This document shows positions 1-8,925 of a stretch of 64,000 bases of DNA, in pieces. The notes beneath the pieces are model-generated. The model worked only from the letters and a program-made list of their open reading frames with translations, was not told the origin of the DNA and made no database searches. Source of the DNA: an uncultured Bacilli bacterium (lineage in GTDB: Bacteria > Bacillota_I > Bacilli_A > RF39 > UBA660). The stretch spans positions 55,383 to 119,382 of the forward strand of contig CAKOMK010000002.1 of the NCBI GenBank assembly GCA_934096645.1, written 5' to 3'. The first letter of the stretch is position 1, and the number at the start of each line of letters is the position of its first letter. Both the position numbers and the translations under genes were made by a program.

Positions 1-176
1 AAACAAAATTTAATATAGTATTTGACACTTACTTGAATTAAAAAATTCATAAAGATTGATTTATAACTCAAAGAGAATACTACATTTTTCTAAAAAAATC
101 ATTAAACAATAATTTAAAATAAAATAAATATTAAATAACGCATGATATAATTGATTATAGTAAGGAGATGTTTTAA

Positions 177-485
177 ATGAAAATAGTCGCAAAGGAATTA
201 CAATACAATAGACATGGAATTGCTTATGAAGATGGGTATAGAATTGTATATTTTTATGATGACAATAATTATGAAATAGGTGAATATTGTAAAACTATAG
301 AAGGCTTTATGACAGGATTCACAGAATGTGATCCAATAATATGTGAAGATGATATTCCAGTGTTCATATCCATAGATGATCTGCTTAATAAATATTTAAA
401 CGAAATAACTGATATAGCTGCAGTGGCACTTTATAAAACAGATGGAACTTGTATACAAAAGAAAACAAGAACTATAACAAAATAA
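177..485 (+). CDS. hypothetical protein (102 aa), acidic, no recognisable motif
   Basis: ATG preceded by AAGGAG RBS; lies between window start and a tRNA pair. Confidence 0.5.
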   Translation: MKIVAKELQYNRHGIAYEDGYRIVYFYDDNNYEIGEYCKTIEGFMTGFTECDPIICEDDIPVFISIDDLLNKYLNEITDIAAVALYKTDGTCIQKKTRTITK

Positions 486-585
486 TATAATATAGGAATT
501 TATAGTTCAAAATTTCCATCTTTTTGTTTGTATTTTAAACTACATGTATATCATTTCTATCCTCATTTATTTTGAATGATTTATC

Positions 586-612
586 AAAAAAAAATCAATC
601 ATTAAGATTGAT
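586..612 (-). terminator. rho-independent terminator downstream of the tRNA-Leu/tRNA(CAT) pair
   Basis: 8-bp perfect stem aatcaatc/gattgatt followed by a T9 run when read on the minus strand. Confidence 0.5.
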
Positions 613-626
613 TTATAATTCATAAG

Positions 627-712
627 TGGTGCAGGTGAAGGGACTTGAACCCCCATGGATTGCTCCGCTAGATCCTAAGTCTAGTGCGTCTGCCAATTTC
701 GCCACACCTGCA
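627..712 (-). tRNA. tRNA-Leu (anticodon TAG), long variable arm, CCA encoded
   Basis: Reverse complement folds as a cloverleaf: acceptor TGCAGGT/ACCTGCA, anticodon loop CTTAGGA, T-arm GGTTCAAGTCC, 3' CCA. Confidence 0.85.
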
Positions 713-718
713 AATTAG

Positions 719-795
719 TGGTGGACCTTGTAGGACTCGAACCTACAACCGCCCGGTTATGAGCCGGATGCTCTAACCAATTGAGCTAAAGGTCC
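719..795 (-). tRNA. tRNA with CAT anticodon (elongator Met or lysidine-type Ile2)
   Basis: Reverse complement is GGACCTTTAGCTCAATTGGTTAGAGCA...CTCATAA...GGTTCGAGTCC...CCA. The 5' half resembles Ile2(CAU)-type tRNAs, but the identity is not resolved. Confidence 0.8.
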
Positions 796-806
796 ATCGC
801 TAATTA

Positions 807-835
807 ATAATAACATAAAAAAAATTCGTTTTCAA
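807..835 (-). promoter_or_regulatory. candidate sigma-A promoter for the tRNA pair
   Basis: Minus-strand TTGAAA, 16-nt spacer, extended -10 TGTTATTAT about 10 nt upstream of the tRNA 5' end. Confidence 0.35.
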
Positions 836-905
836 TAATTTTTATTAAAAATGTTTATTTTTTTATATTTTGTGATATATTAATTATAGAAAGTAGATTG
901 ATAAT

Positions 906-2132
906 ATGAAGAAAAACATTTTTATTAAATATTTAATAAGTATATTAATAGTATTTTTAGTCTTTTTTATAATATCAAAATTATTTATAAAAGACAGTGA
1001 AAATGCAGAAGATGAAATAACAATGTCCAACATATATTATTCAAATAACAATACAAATGTATATGTAGAATATCCAAGATTTAAAAGTGATAAGATAAAC
1101 ACAATCATCACAAATATAATTTATTCATATGTAAAAGATTTTAAAGCTTCAGAATCAGAAACAAAAGCATTAGATATCTCATATGATATTTATAAAATAA
1201 ATGACTATGTAAATATTACTTTTAATATTCAAAATACACTAAGTAATGTAAAAAATAAAAATATTCTAATAGATACATCAAAAGAAGAATTAGCCTACAT
1301 TACAAATATATATGATAAAGATTATTTAAAATATGAAATAAATGATTTAGTTTATTACAAATATTCTCAAGATATATATAATCTTATAAAAGATGAAAAT
1401 ATAAATAATTTCACCTATATAATAGATGACAATAAGATAGATATTTATTTTAATAATATAGACTTCAATTTAATCAATTATATTCCATATGTAACAATAA
1501 ATACAAATACTGAACAAGAGGTAAGTTATACAAGTGGAAATAAATTCATAGCATTTACTTTTGATGATGGACCTAGTGAATATACAAATGACTTACTTAA
1601 AACATTAGAAGTAAATAATGCAAGTGCTACATTCTTTATGATTGGAAATAGAATGAAAGCATATAAAGATACAGTATTAAATATATATAATTCAAATAGT
1701 GAAGTAGGTTCACATTCATATTCACATAAAAATTTAATAGAAATAGATGAAAAAGAGTTAGAAACTGAATTAAATACCCCAACTTTAATATATAATGAAA
1801 TAACACATGATAATATAACGCTTTTAAGGCCACCTTACGGCAAATATAATGATTCACTACTTAATAGTAATTACAATATAGTTTTGTGGAATATAGACCC
1901 AAAAGACTGGTTATTAAGAGATAGTAAAAAGATATATAATAATGTAATTTCAAATGCATGTGATGGATGCATAGTAATATTTCATGACATTTATCCAGAA
2001 ACACTAGAAGCGATAAAAATGATTTTACCAAAATTAACAGAAATGAATTACAATATAGTAAGTGTATCTAAATTAATTGAAGTAAAAAAATATGACACTA
2101 GTATTAAAGAGCCAATTAGTCACATAAACTAA
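906..2132 (+). CDS. membrane-anchored polysaccharide deacetylase (NodB/PgdA family)
   Basis: N-terminal TM helix; C-terminal NodB motifs FTFDDGP, GSHSYSH, LLRPPYG, WNIDPKDW. Confidence 0.75.
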   Translation: MKKNIFIKYLISILIVFLVFFIISKLFIKDSENAEDEITMSNIYYSNNNTNVYVEYPRFKSDKINTIITNIIYSYVKDFKASESETKALDISYDIYKINDYVNITFNIQNTLSNVKNKNILIDTSKEELAYITNIYDKDYLKYEINDLVYYKYSQDIYNLIKDENINNFTYIIDDNKIDIYFNNIDFNLINYIPYVTINTNTEQEVSYTSGNKFIAFTFDDGPSEYTNDLLKTLEVNNASATFFMIGNRMKAYKDTVLNIYNSNSEVGSHSYSHKNLIEIDEKELETELNTPTLIYNEITHDNITLLRPPYGKYNDSLLNSNYNIVLWNIDPKDWLLRDSKKIYNNVISNACDGCIVIFHDIYPETLEAIKMILPKLTEMNYNIVSVSKLIEVKKYDTSIKEPISHIN

Positions 2133-2180
2133 TTGACTTTTATTTTTTAAGGCTTTACAATAAGCCTATAAAGGAGAATC

Positions 2181-2798
2181 ATGAATAAAGAATATATTAA
2201 ATTAGGCACAAATTACATAGTTTCAGATGAACAAGGAAACTTAAGAGTTTTAGAAAGTGATTCAGGGCAAGCATTAGAACAAAAACTTCGTCAAGAAAAC
2301 AAAGTAGAAAATTTAGAAAGTTCTTCTAAAACATTAAAAAACAAATTAATAGAAAGCAAAAGAAAACTTAAAAAAGTAGAAAAAAGTCTAAAGAAAGGAA
2401 AAATCAAATTTATAGCTTCTTGTCTTTTAGTAGCTACAGTAATTACAATTTTAAGTTTAGTACCCAATATAACATATACTTATTTTTTAACACTTTTATT
2501 ACCATTTAGTGTAGTAGGGCTATATTGTTTAGTTGAAGCATCTATTAATTTTATTGGCAAGTATAAATCAAAAATAAAATTCTATAAAGAGGAAATAGAA
2601 GAAGATGAAAGAAATCTAAATATACTTTTAAAGCAATTGGAACAAGCAAAAGAAAAATTAAATTTATTAGATTATAGTTGCAATATAAAATATGCTCAAA
2701 ATGTAGATATTAGAAATATAATAGTTGAACCTAAATTATCTATTGAAGAAACAATTTCAAAAGAAAAAGAGAATACTAAAAAGCTAGAATTGATATAA
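2181..2798 (+). CDS. hypothetical coiled-coil membrane protein (205 aa)
   Basis: Strong AAGGAG RBS; K/E-rich coiled-coil segments flank two TM helices. Confidence 0.5.
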   Translation: MNKEYIKLGTNYIVSDEQGNLRVLESDSGQALEQKLRQENKVENLESSSKTLKNKLIESKRKLKKVEKSLKKGKIKFIASCLLVATVITILSLVPNITYTYFLTLLLPFSVVGLYCLVEASINFIGKYKSKIKFYKEEIEEDERNLNILLKQLEQAKEKLNLLDYSCNIKYAQNVDIRNIIVEPKLSIEETISKEKENTKKLELI

Positions 2799-2815
2799 AT
2801 TCTAGCTTTTTTATT
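2777..2815 (+). terminator. rho-independent terminator overlapping the stop codon of the 2181..2798 gene
   Basis: 11-bp perfect inverted repeat aagctagaatt/aattctagctt followed by TTTTTAT. Confidence 0.55.
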
Positions 2816-2871
2816 AAAAAAGTATTTATTTTTTTAAAAATTATGTTATAATGGATAAGAACTTAACTTTT

Positions 2872-2947
2872 GGCCTGCTAGCTCAGTTGGTAGAGCAACC
2901 GACTCTTAATCGGTGGGTCTAGGGTTCGAATCCCTAGCAGGCCACCA
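2872..2947 (+). tRNA. tRNA-Lys (anticodon CTT)
   Basis: Cloverleaf: acceptor GGCCTGC/GCAGGCC, D-arm GCTCAGTTGGTAGAGC, anticodon loop CTCTTAA, GGTTCGAATCC, CCA; extended -10 TGTTATAAT about 12 nt upstream. Confidence 0.85.
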
Positions 2948-2957
2948 AATATTGTTA

Positions 2958-2990
2958 ATTAAACTGCTAATGCAGTTTTTTGTTTATAAA
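2958..2990 (+). terminator. terminator after tRNA-Lys
   Basis: Hairpin aaactgc-taa-tgcagttt followed by TTTTGTTT. Confidence 0.5.
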
Positions 2991-2999
2991 AAAAGAGTT

Positions 3000-3410
3000 T
3001 TAATTCATTTTTAAAGCTCTTTTTGCATATTCATTTGCTTCACTTTTACCATTACTTAGGTGATACCATTCATTTAAATGTCTTTCATACATTAAAGTTC
3101 TTTTGTTTAGAACAATGCTTGTTTTCTTTAATTCTTCAATATCTCTTGCTAATTCATCTTTTCCAGCTTCTAAACTTGCTTTCTTACGTAATAGAGCAGC
3201 AATTAATCTATATTTTTTACTAACTATATCATAATGTTTTAAAGCATTTTCTAATTCAAAAATTCTAATAGTATTCGTTTCTAATTCGCGTACTTCTGAA
3301 AAAGATTCAACAACCTCTCCTAAATATTCATCATAATCACTTTCCAAATAAGTATAGCTATATAAACCCCTTTCATTTGGTACTGATTCTAATATTTTAA
3401 TTTTGTCCAT
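3000..3410 (-). CDS. hypothetical cytoplasmic protein (136 aa)
   Basis: ORF with AGAGAGG RBS; no recognisable motif. Confidence 0.5.
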   Translation of the reverse strand: MDKIKILESVPNERGLYSYTYLESDYDEYLGEVVESFSEVRELETNTIRIFELENALKHYDIVSKKYRLIAALLRKKASLEAGKDELARDIEELKKTSIVLNKRTLMYERHLNEWYHLSNGKSEANEYAKRALKMN

Positions 3411-3506
3411 AAAAACCTCTCTATAAATATATTATATTAGATAAAAATAGTTAATTCAAGTATATAAAATGTATAATTATATGATAAAATATATTTGGTG
3501 AAAAAT

Positions 3507-4463
3507 ATGAATAAGAAATTAATAATATCGCATATCGCAGATATAGATGGTTTAGGATCAGTAGTTCTATCAAAAATAATATTTAAAAATATAGATTATA
3601 TTTTAGTAGAATTACCTGACTTACCAAAAACAATAAAAGATTTAATTGATACAAATAAGTACAAAGAATATGAAGAAATATTTATAACAGATTTATCTAT
3701 CAATAATGACTTAATAAAATTAATTCAAGATCACAATGATTTAAAAATTAAAATAAAACATTTTGATCATCATGAAAGTGAAGTAGAAAATAATAGTATT
3801 GATTTTATAAATGAAGTTCCAATCAAAAATGGTATATTAACTTGTGGCACATCTTTATTTTATGATTACTTAAAAGAAAATTATAAAGATAGTTTTTTAT
3901 ATAACAAAGCTACTATTAGATTTGTAGAAGGAACAAGAAGTAGAGATACATGGGACTTTAAAAACAATGGCAATAAAGATGCAAATAAATTAGAAATAGT
4001 TCATTCGTATTATGGAAATGAATATTACATTAACAAATATATAGATGTTTTAAAGAATGATTTAGAGTTATTTAATGAAGGCGATAATATATTAATTAAA
4101 AGAAATGAAGAAGCACAAGAATATTACATAAAAGAATGTGATAAAAAACTAATAACATTTAACTTAGATGGCTATAAAGTAGGATGCGTTATCGCTGAAT
4201 CATATAGAAGTGAAGTAGGGAATGCATTATCATCAAATCATCCAGAATTAGACTATATTTTAATAGTTAATTTCTTTAGAAACTCATTTTCATTTAGGAC
4301 AACTAAAGATAATGTAGATGTATCACTAATAGCAAAAAAATATGAAAAGAATGGTGGAGGACATAAAAAAGCAGCAGGAATGAGTATTACTGCTGAAAAT
4401 ATTTGGTTAATAGAAAAAATAATAAACTGTTATAAAGACAAATCAAAAGAAGATACAAATTAA
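3507..4463 (+). CDS. nrnA: DHH/DHHA1 phosphoesterase, NrnA-like oligoribonuclease/pAp phosphatase
   Basis: Motifs HIADIDGLGS, FDHHES and C-terminal GGGHKKAAG. The ATG at 3507 with a GGTGA RBS is preferred over the TTG at 3495 in the ORF track. Confidence 0.65.
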   Translation: MNKKLIISHIADIDGLGSVVLSKIIFKNIDYILVELPDLPKTIKDLIDTNKYKEYEEIFITDLSINNDLIKLIQDHNDLKIKIKHFDHHESEVENNSIDFINEVPIKNGILTCGTSLFYDYLKENYKDSFLYNKATIRFVEGTRSRDTWDFKNNGNKDANKLEIVHSYYGNEYYINKYIDVLKNDLELFNEGDNILIKRNEEAQEYYIKECDKKLITFNLDGYKVGCVIAESYRSEVGNALSSNHPELDYILIVNFFRNSFSFRTTKDNVDVSLIAKKYEKNGGGHKKAAGMSITAENIWLIEKIINCYKDKSKEDTN

Positions 4464-4484
4464 ATATCTTCTTTTAAATTACAT

Positions 4485-4607
4485 TTAATTTGCTAATACA
4501 GAAATAGCAATAGTGAAAATACTAGCAACCATAGCAAACAACATAACCCAAGCAAATATTTTTTTAGCTAAATCACCAGATTTCATTTTCTTTTTCTTCT
4601 TTTCCAT
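4485..4607 (-). CDS. possible 40-aa small membrane protein (MEKKKKKMKSGDLAKKIFAWVMLFAMVASIFTIAISVLAN)
   Basis: ATG with GAGGT RBS 8 nt upstream; Lys-rich N-terminus plus one TM helix; not in the ORF track because under 60 aa. Confidence 0.3.
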   Translation of the reverse strand: MEKKKKKMKSGDLAKKIFAWVMLFAMVASIFTIAISVLAN

Positions 4608-4673
4608 AACATTTACCTCAAATAAATTATAATATAAAAGTAATAAAAAATAAAGAAGTAAATATACTTTAAT

Positions 4674-5252
4674 ATGAAAATAATAAAAAGTAGAATATTT
4701 AAAGTATTAATATTGTTATTTATATTAGGACTACTATTTGGCGTGATTAGTTTTATTTTTATGGATAAAACATCATTAGAAAATTATACTCTAAATTATG
4801 TAGATTTAATAAGTAAAAATAATTTTGATTACATTAAAGGATTAATAAATACACTAATATCTAATTATAAATATTTATCTATATTATGGATATTTGGTAT
4901 TATATTCTTTTTATTTCCTTTAGTACCGTTAATAATCATTTATAGAGGTATATCAATAGGATTAATGATTAGCAGTATAATTTACTCATTTAAACTAAAA
5001 GGCTTCTTATATGCTTTAATAATGCTATTTCCAGCTAAAATAATAAATGAATTAATATATATTATAATGAGTTATTATAGTATAAGTTTTTCATTAAAAA
5101 TATATAACGCTATAAAAACAAATAAATCTATAAATATAACTTCTTTCTCTAAAAACTATTTTTATATATTATTAATATTTATAGTAGCACTAACTCTAAC
5201 AAGTATATTTGAAGTTTATTTAAGTACAAATATTATAAAACTAGTAATATAA
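4674..5252 (+). CDS. polytopic membrane protein (192 aa), SpoIIM/DUF95-like
   Basis: Five to six predicted TM helices; the family assignment is tentative. Confidence 0.45.
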   Translation: MKIIKSRIFKVLILLFILGLLFGVISFIFMDKTSLENYTLNYVDLISKNNFDYIKGLINTLISNYKYLSILWIFGIIFFLFPLVPLIIIYRGISIGLMISSIIYSFKLKGFLYALIMLFPAKIINELIYIIMSYYSISFSLKIYNAIKTNKSINITSFSKNYFYILLIFIVALTLTSIFEVYLSTNIIKLVI

Positions 5253-5285
5253 TTATATAAAAAGATTTAAAAACACTCAAATAAA

Positions 5286-5294
5286 TGATATAAT
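5286..5294 (+). promoter_or_regulatory. extended -10 element (TGATATAAT) of the mnmA promoter
   Basis: TGnTATAAT located 26 nt upstream of the AAAGGAG RBS of mnmA. Confidence 0.45.
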
Positions 5295-5319
5295 CTTAAA
5301 TATTGAAAGGAGTTATATC

Positions 5320-6414
5320 ATGAAAGTAGTAGTAGGAATGAGTGGAGGAGTAGATTCAGCTGTATCTGCATATTTATTAAAGAAACAGGGATATGAAGTA
5401 GTTGGTCTATTCATGAAAAATTGGGATTCTAATATTAATAATGATCCTGAAGGTATTACAGATGGAGTTTGTCCTCAAGAATTAGATTATAGAGATGCTA
5501 AAAATGTATGTGATGAATTATGTATTCCACTATATAGAGTTGATTTTATTAAAGAATATTGGGATGATGTATTTAAATATTTTTTAAGTGAATTAGAAAA
5601 AGGTAGAACTCCTAATCCAGATATAATGTGTAATAAATATATTAAGTTTGATAGATTTAAAAAAGAAGCTAAAAAATTAGGTGCTGATAAAATAGCAACC
5701 GGTCACTATGCAAGACTTGAAGGAAATAGACTTTTAAGAGGAGTAGATAATAACAAAGATCAAACTTATTTTTTAAGTCAAGTTACTAGTGAACAATTAA
5801 AAGATGTTTTATTTCCAGTAGGCGGTTTAACTAAGCCAGAAGTAAGAAAAATAGCTGAAGAAAATCATATTCCTGTATATGATAAAAAAGATTCTACAGG
5901 TATATGTTTTATTGGTGAAAGACACTATCAAGAATTTGTTTCTAATTATTTAAAGGGTAAAAAAGGAGACATAATTGATGTAGAAACTCTTAAAAAAGTT
6001 GGAGAACATAATGGTCTTATGAATTATACAATTGGTCAAAGAAGAAATGTTGGCTTAAGTGGTGATGAAAAAAGACATTATGTATGTGGAAAAGACTCTA
6101 AAAAGAATATTTTATATGTAGCTTATGGAGAAGATTCAAAATATCTTTTATCTGATGAAGCTATAATTGAAGATATGAATTTTATTTCAGACAAACATCC
6201 AACTTTTGCTACAGCAAAATTTAGATATAGAAGTGAAGATGTTCCAGTTCAAATAGAATATATTGATGATAAACATATAAGAGTAAAATATAAAGATGTA
6301 AAAGCAGTAACTCCAGGTCAAGCATGTGTGGTTTATTTAGGTGAACAATGCTTAATGGGTGGAATCATAAAACAAGTATTTAAAGACGGAAAAGAAATCT
6401 GGTATCTAAAATGA
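5320..6414 (+). CDS. mnmA: tRNA-specific 2-thiouridylase MnmA
   Basis: PP-loop SGGVDSAV; conserved CNKYIKF and TGHYAR motifs; full-length 364 aa. Confidence 0.9.
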   Translation: MKVVVGMSGGVDSAVSAYLLKKQGYEVVGLFMKNWDSNINNDPEGITDGVCPQELDYRDAKNVCDELCIPLYRVDFIKEYWDDVFKYFLSELEKGRTPNPDIMCNKYIKFDRFKKEAKKLGADKIATGHYARLEGNRLLRGVDNNKDQTYFLSQVTSEQLKDVLFPVGGLTKPEVRKIAEENHIPVYDKKDSTGICFIGERHYQEFVSNYLKGKKGDIIDVETLKKVGEHNGLMNYTIGQRRNVGLSGDEKRHYVCGKDSKKNILYVAYGEDSKYLLSDEAIIEDMNFISDKHPTFATAKFRYRSEDVPVQIEYIDDKHIRVKYKDVKAVTPGQACVVYLGEQCLMGGIIKQVFKDGKEIWYLK

Positions 6415-7454
6415 TAAGACAAACATATGAAGAAATTAATCTAAAAGCACTAGAATCAAATGTAAAAAGTATAATAAGGCAAAGTAGTGAATATAAATAT
6501 CATATTGGAGTAGTTAAAGCTAATTGTTATGGTCTTGGTCTAAAATGTATAAAAAGTATTATTAAAGGTGGAGCTAATTATTTAGCAGTTTCTTCATTAG
6601 AAGAAGCATTAAGTATTAGAAAAATTACTAAAGAAAAAATCCTTATTTTAGAACCAATAAATCCAAAATATATAAATTTAGCAAGAGAAAATAACATCAC
6701 TCTTACAATAAGTTCATTAGAATACTTAAATAATGTAAAAGATCAAGAATTTACTTGTCATATTAAAATTAATACAGGTATGAATAGACTTGGTATTAAT
6801 TCAAAAGAAGAATTTAATGAAGTATATAATATCATAATGAATAGTAATATCACTTTAGAAGGCATATATACTCATATATATAAAGCATCTGATTCTAAAT
6901 GTACAAATAATCAATTTAAGAAATTTGAATATATTACAAGTGATATAGATTTAAATACTATACCAATAGTTCATATTCCAAACAGTGAAACAATATTTAA
7001 CTATAAAAAGAAACCTTATATTAACGGATGTAGAATGGGTATAATAATGTATGGTTTTTCAAATGATATAAAACTAAATAGTGTATTTTCTCTAATATCA
7101 AAAGTAATAGAGATAAAGCATATTCATTCAGGAGATACAGTTGGATATGATGGAAAATATACAGCATCAGGTGATGAAAGTATTGCAGTTTTACCAATTG
7201 GTTATGCAGATGGAATATTAAGACATAATTCAGGAAGAAATGTATATATAAATGAAAAAGAATATAAAATAGTTGGTAATATTTGTATGGATATGTTATT
7301 TGTAAAAGTAGATGACAATGTAAAAGTAAATGATGAAGCATATATAATTAAAGATAATGATCACATTAATCAAATAGCATCATATTTAGATACAATTAAT
7401 TATGAAGTAATGTGTTCAATAAGCGATAGAGTAGTTAGAGAATATAAAAAATAG
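6411..7454 (+). CDS. alr: alanine racemase
   Basis: PLP-lysine motif VVKANCYGLG; 347 aa; 4-nt ATGA overlap with mnmA. Confidence 0.8.
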   Translation: MIRQTYEEINLKALESNVKSIIRQSSEYKYHIGVVKANCYGLGLKCIKSIIKGGANYLAVSSLEEALSIRKITKEKILILEPINPKYINLARENNITLTISSLEYLNNVKDQEFTCHIKINTGMNRLGINSKEEFNEVYNIIMNSNITLEGIYTHIYKASDSKCTNNQFKKFEYITSDIDLNTIPIVHIPNSETIFNYKKKPYINGCRMGIIMYGFSNDIKLNSVFSLISKVIEIKHIHSGDTVGYDGKYTASGDESIAVLPIGYADGILRHNSGRNVYINEKEYKIVGNICMDMLFVKVDDNVKVNDEAYIIKDNDHINQIASYLDTINYEVMCSISDRVVREYKK

Positions 7455-7468
7455 GACATTTTAAAGTC

Positions 7469-8374
7469 CTATTTTAATTTACTTAATTTTTGAATTGTAA
7501 CATCACAAGCTTTTTTATTAATATCACAATATATTCCTTTTCTATTTAATGATTTGGCAACTACTGCTGTAGTACCTCCACCTAAGAAGAAATCAGCAAC
7601 AGTATCTCCTGGATTAGAACACATTTTAATTATTCTTTCAACTACATCATATGGTTTAGGAGTATCATAACTTTCAGCAATCTTACCACGATTATATTCA
7701 TCAAGCATATTATCTTCATCCCATAGGTTACCAACAGGTTTAACAAATGATTTTCTATAAGGTAAGTTATCTATTAATATTAATTCATTTTTATCATATA
7801 ACTCTCTTAATTTACGCTCACTTACCAAACAATGTTTATTTTTTTCTTTAAAGTTAATTTTCATACCATTAATTATGATATCTTTACTTCTTTCTTCAAC
7901 ATAACCATTTTCAAATAAAGGGCTAACTCTCTCATTATCATCTTTTAATTCATTAAAAATAAAATTCTTACTATCTTTAACATAATATAAAATAATATCA
8001 ACTTGAGAATCAAAATTAACATAAAATCCTCTTTCATTACTATGTTTTCTATATATTCTGTTTCTAAAATTAGGTACACCAAATATTTGATCCATAAGTA
8101 TTCTCATGTAAGAATCAAGTCTCCAATTACAATGAAGAAATATACTTCCATTAGGTTTTAATATTCTTTTCATTTCAATAATTCTAGGTTTATACCATTC
8201 TATAGCCTCACTAGGACTACCCAAATTATCATTATAGTCATCAAATACTTTACCAGTATTATATAATATATCTGAATATATTAAATCTACACTTTCACTA
8301 GGCAAACTTTTTAATAAATCAATGTTATCACAATTATAAATAACTTGATTATCTTTATCATAATATTTCTTCAT
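7469..8374 (-). CDS. orphan beta-class DNA methyltransferase (N6-A/N4-C type) with an atypical motif IV
   Basis: C-terminal motif I FFLGGGTT. N-terminal motif IV region DLIYSDILYN sits where DPPY is expected. ATG at 8374 with GAGGTG RBS; the ORF track uses the upstream TTG at 8386. Confidence 0.6.
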   Translation of the reverse strand: MKKYYDKDNQVIYNCDNIDLLKSLPSESVDLIYSDILYNTGKVFDDYNDNLGSPSEAIEWYKPRIIEMKRILKPNGSIFLHCNWRLDSYMRILMDQIFGVPNFRNRIYRKHSNERGFYVNFDSQVDIILYYVKDSKNFIFNELKDDNERVSPLFENGYVEERSKDIIINGMKINFKEKNKHCLVSERKLRELYDKNELILIDNLPYRKSFVKPVGNLWDEDNMLDEYNRGKIAESYDTPKPYDVVERIIKMCSNPGDTVADFFLGGGTTAVVAKSLNRKGIYCDINKKACDVTIQKLSKLK

Positions 8375-8494
8375 ATCACACCTCAATAATATTGTATCTT
8401 ATTTTATATTTTTACTCAATTATATAATGGACAATAAAGCATATTTTTGATAGACTATATATAAAGAAACTAATATGGTTGTACTTTACAAAAA

Positions 8495-8520
8495 AAGACT
8501 GCCTAAGCAGTCTAACACAA
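8495..8520 (-). terminator. orphan minus-strand hairpin plus T-run
   Basis: Perfect 7-bp stem agactgc/gcagtct with loop ctaa, followed by T7 on the minus strand; no minus-strand gene lies immediately upstream. Confidence 0.35.
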
Positions 8521-8605
8521 AAGTGAGCATTTAGGGTTTAACCTTTATTTTAACTCCCTATGTCATCTTGAATGGTATTAAAACCTAGTTGATAGGGGGT
8601 GTCTT

Positions 8606-8806
8606 ATGGAAAAAATAAAATCTATTATAGCTATATTATTAGTAATTGTTATATTTACTGGCTGTACAGATACAAGAAACAGAAATAGTGAAAGTGGTAG
8701 ATATATTGAGAATGACGACGGAACATATGATTATGTTGAAATTGATCCAGATTATGGCATTAGGGAAGATGAATATTATGGTGGGAAAAGCGGCAACAAT
8801 TGGTAA
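8606..8806 (+). CDS. small acidic lipoprotein (66 aa)
   Basis: Signal peptide with lipobox IFTGC. Mature part is about 46 aa and D/E/Y/G-rich. AGGGGGTG RBS. Confidence 0.5.
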   Translation: MEKIKSIIAILLVIVIFTGCTDTRNRNSESGRYIENDDGTYDYVEIDPDYGIREDEYYGGKSGNNW

Positions 8807-8925
8807 AAATAGTTAATTTTAATTAACTATTTTTAATTATAATCAAATTATTTATTTCAAACTATTGACAACCAAGTGTAAAGTGTTATACAATTGTATT
8901 GTACATAATAGATAGGAGAGATTTT

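Noticed and set aside
45-625. Direct repeat AAGATTGATTTATAA (about 15/17 nt) at ~52 and ~604 flanking the 102-aa ORF next to the tRNA genes, considered as att sites of a small integrated element
   Set aside because: At ~25% GC, exact 15-mers recur by chance many times in 64 kb (expected order 10^2 pairs). The second copy is simply one arm of the tRNA terminator hairpin. No integrase or other mobile gene is present.
1636-1857. I checked these antisense ORFs from the six-frame track. They are 1636..1857, 3023..3223, 7021..7341, 15001..15252, 15940..16122, 18367..18645, 19038..19310, 27144..27338, 31190..31761, 34381..34623, 35080..36100, 37011..37259, 37717..37983, 38945..39178, 44439..44684, 45934..46122, 46313..46495, 49666..49872, 51088..51672, 55680..56045, 57402..57587 and 59143..59355.
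   Set aside because: All lie opposite or inside long, motif-supported genes. They have no RBS, and their low-complexity L/I/F/S-rich translations are typical of shadow ORFs in AT-rich DNA.
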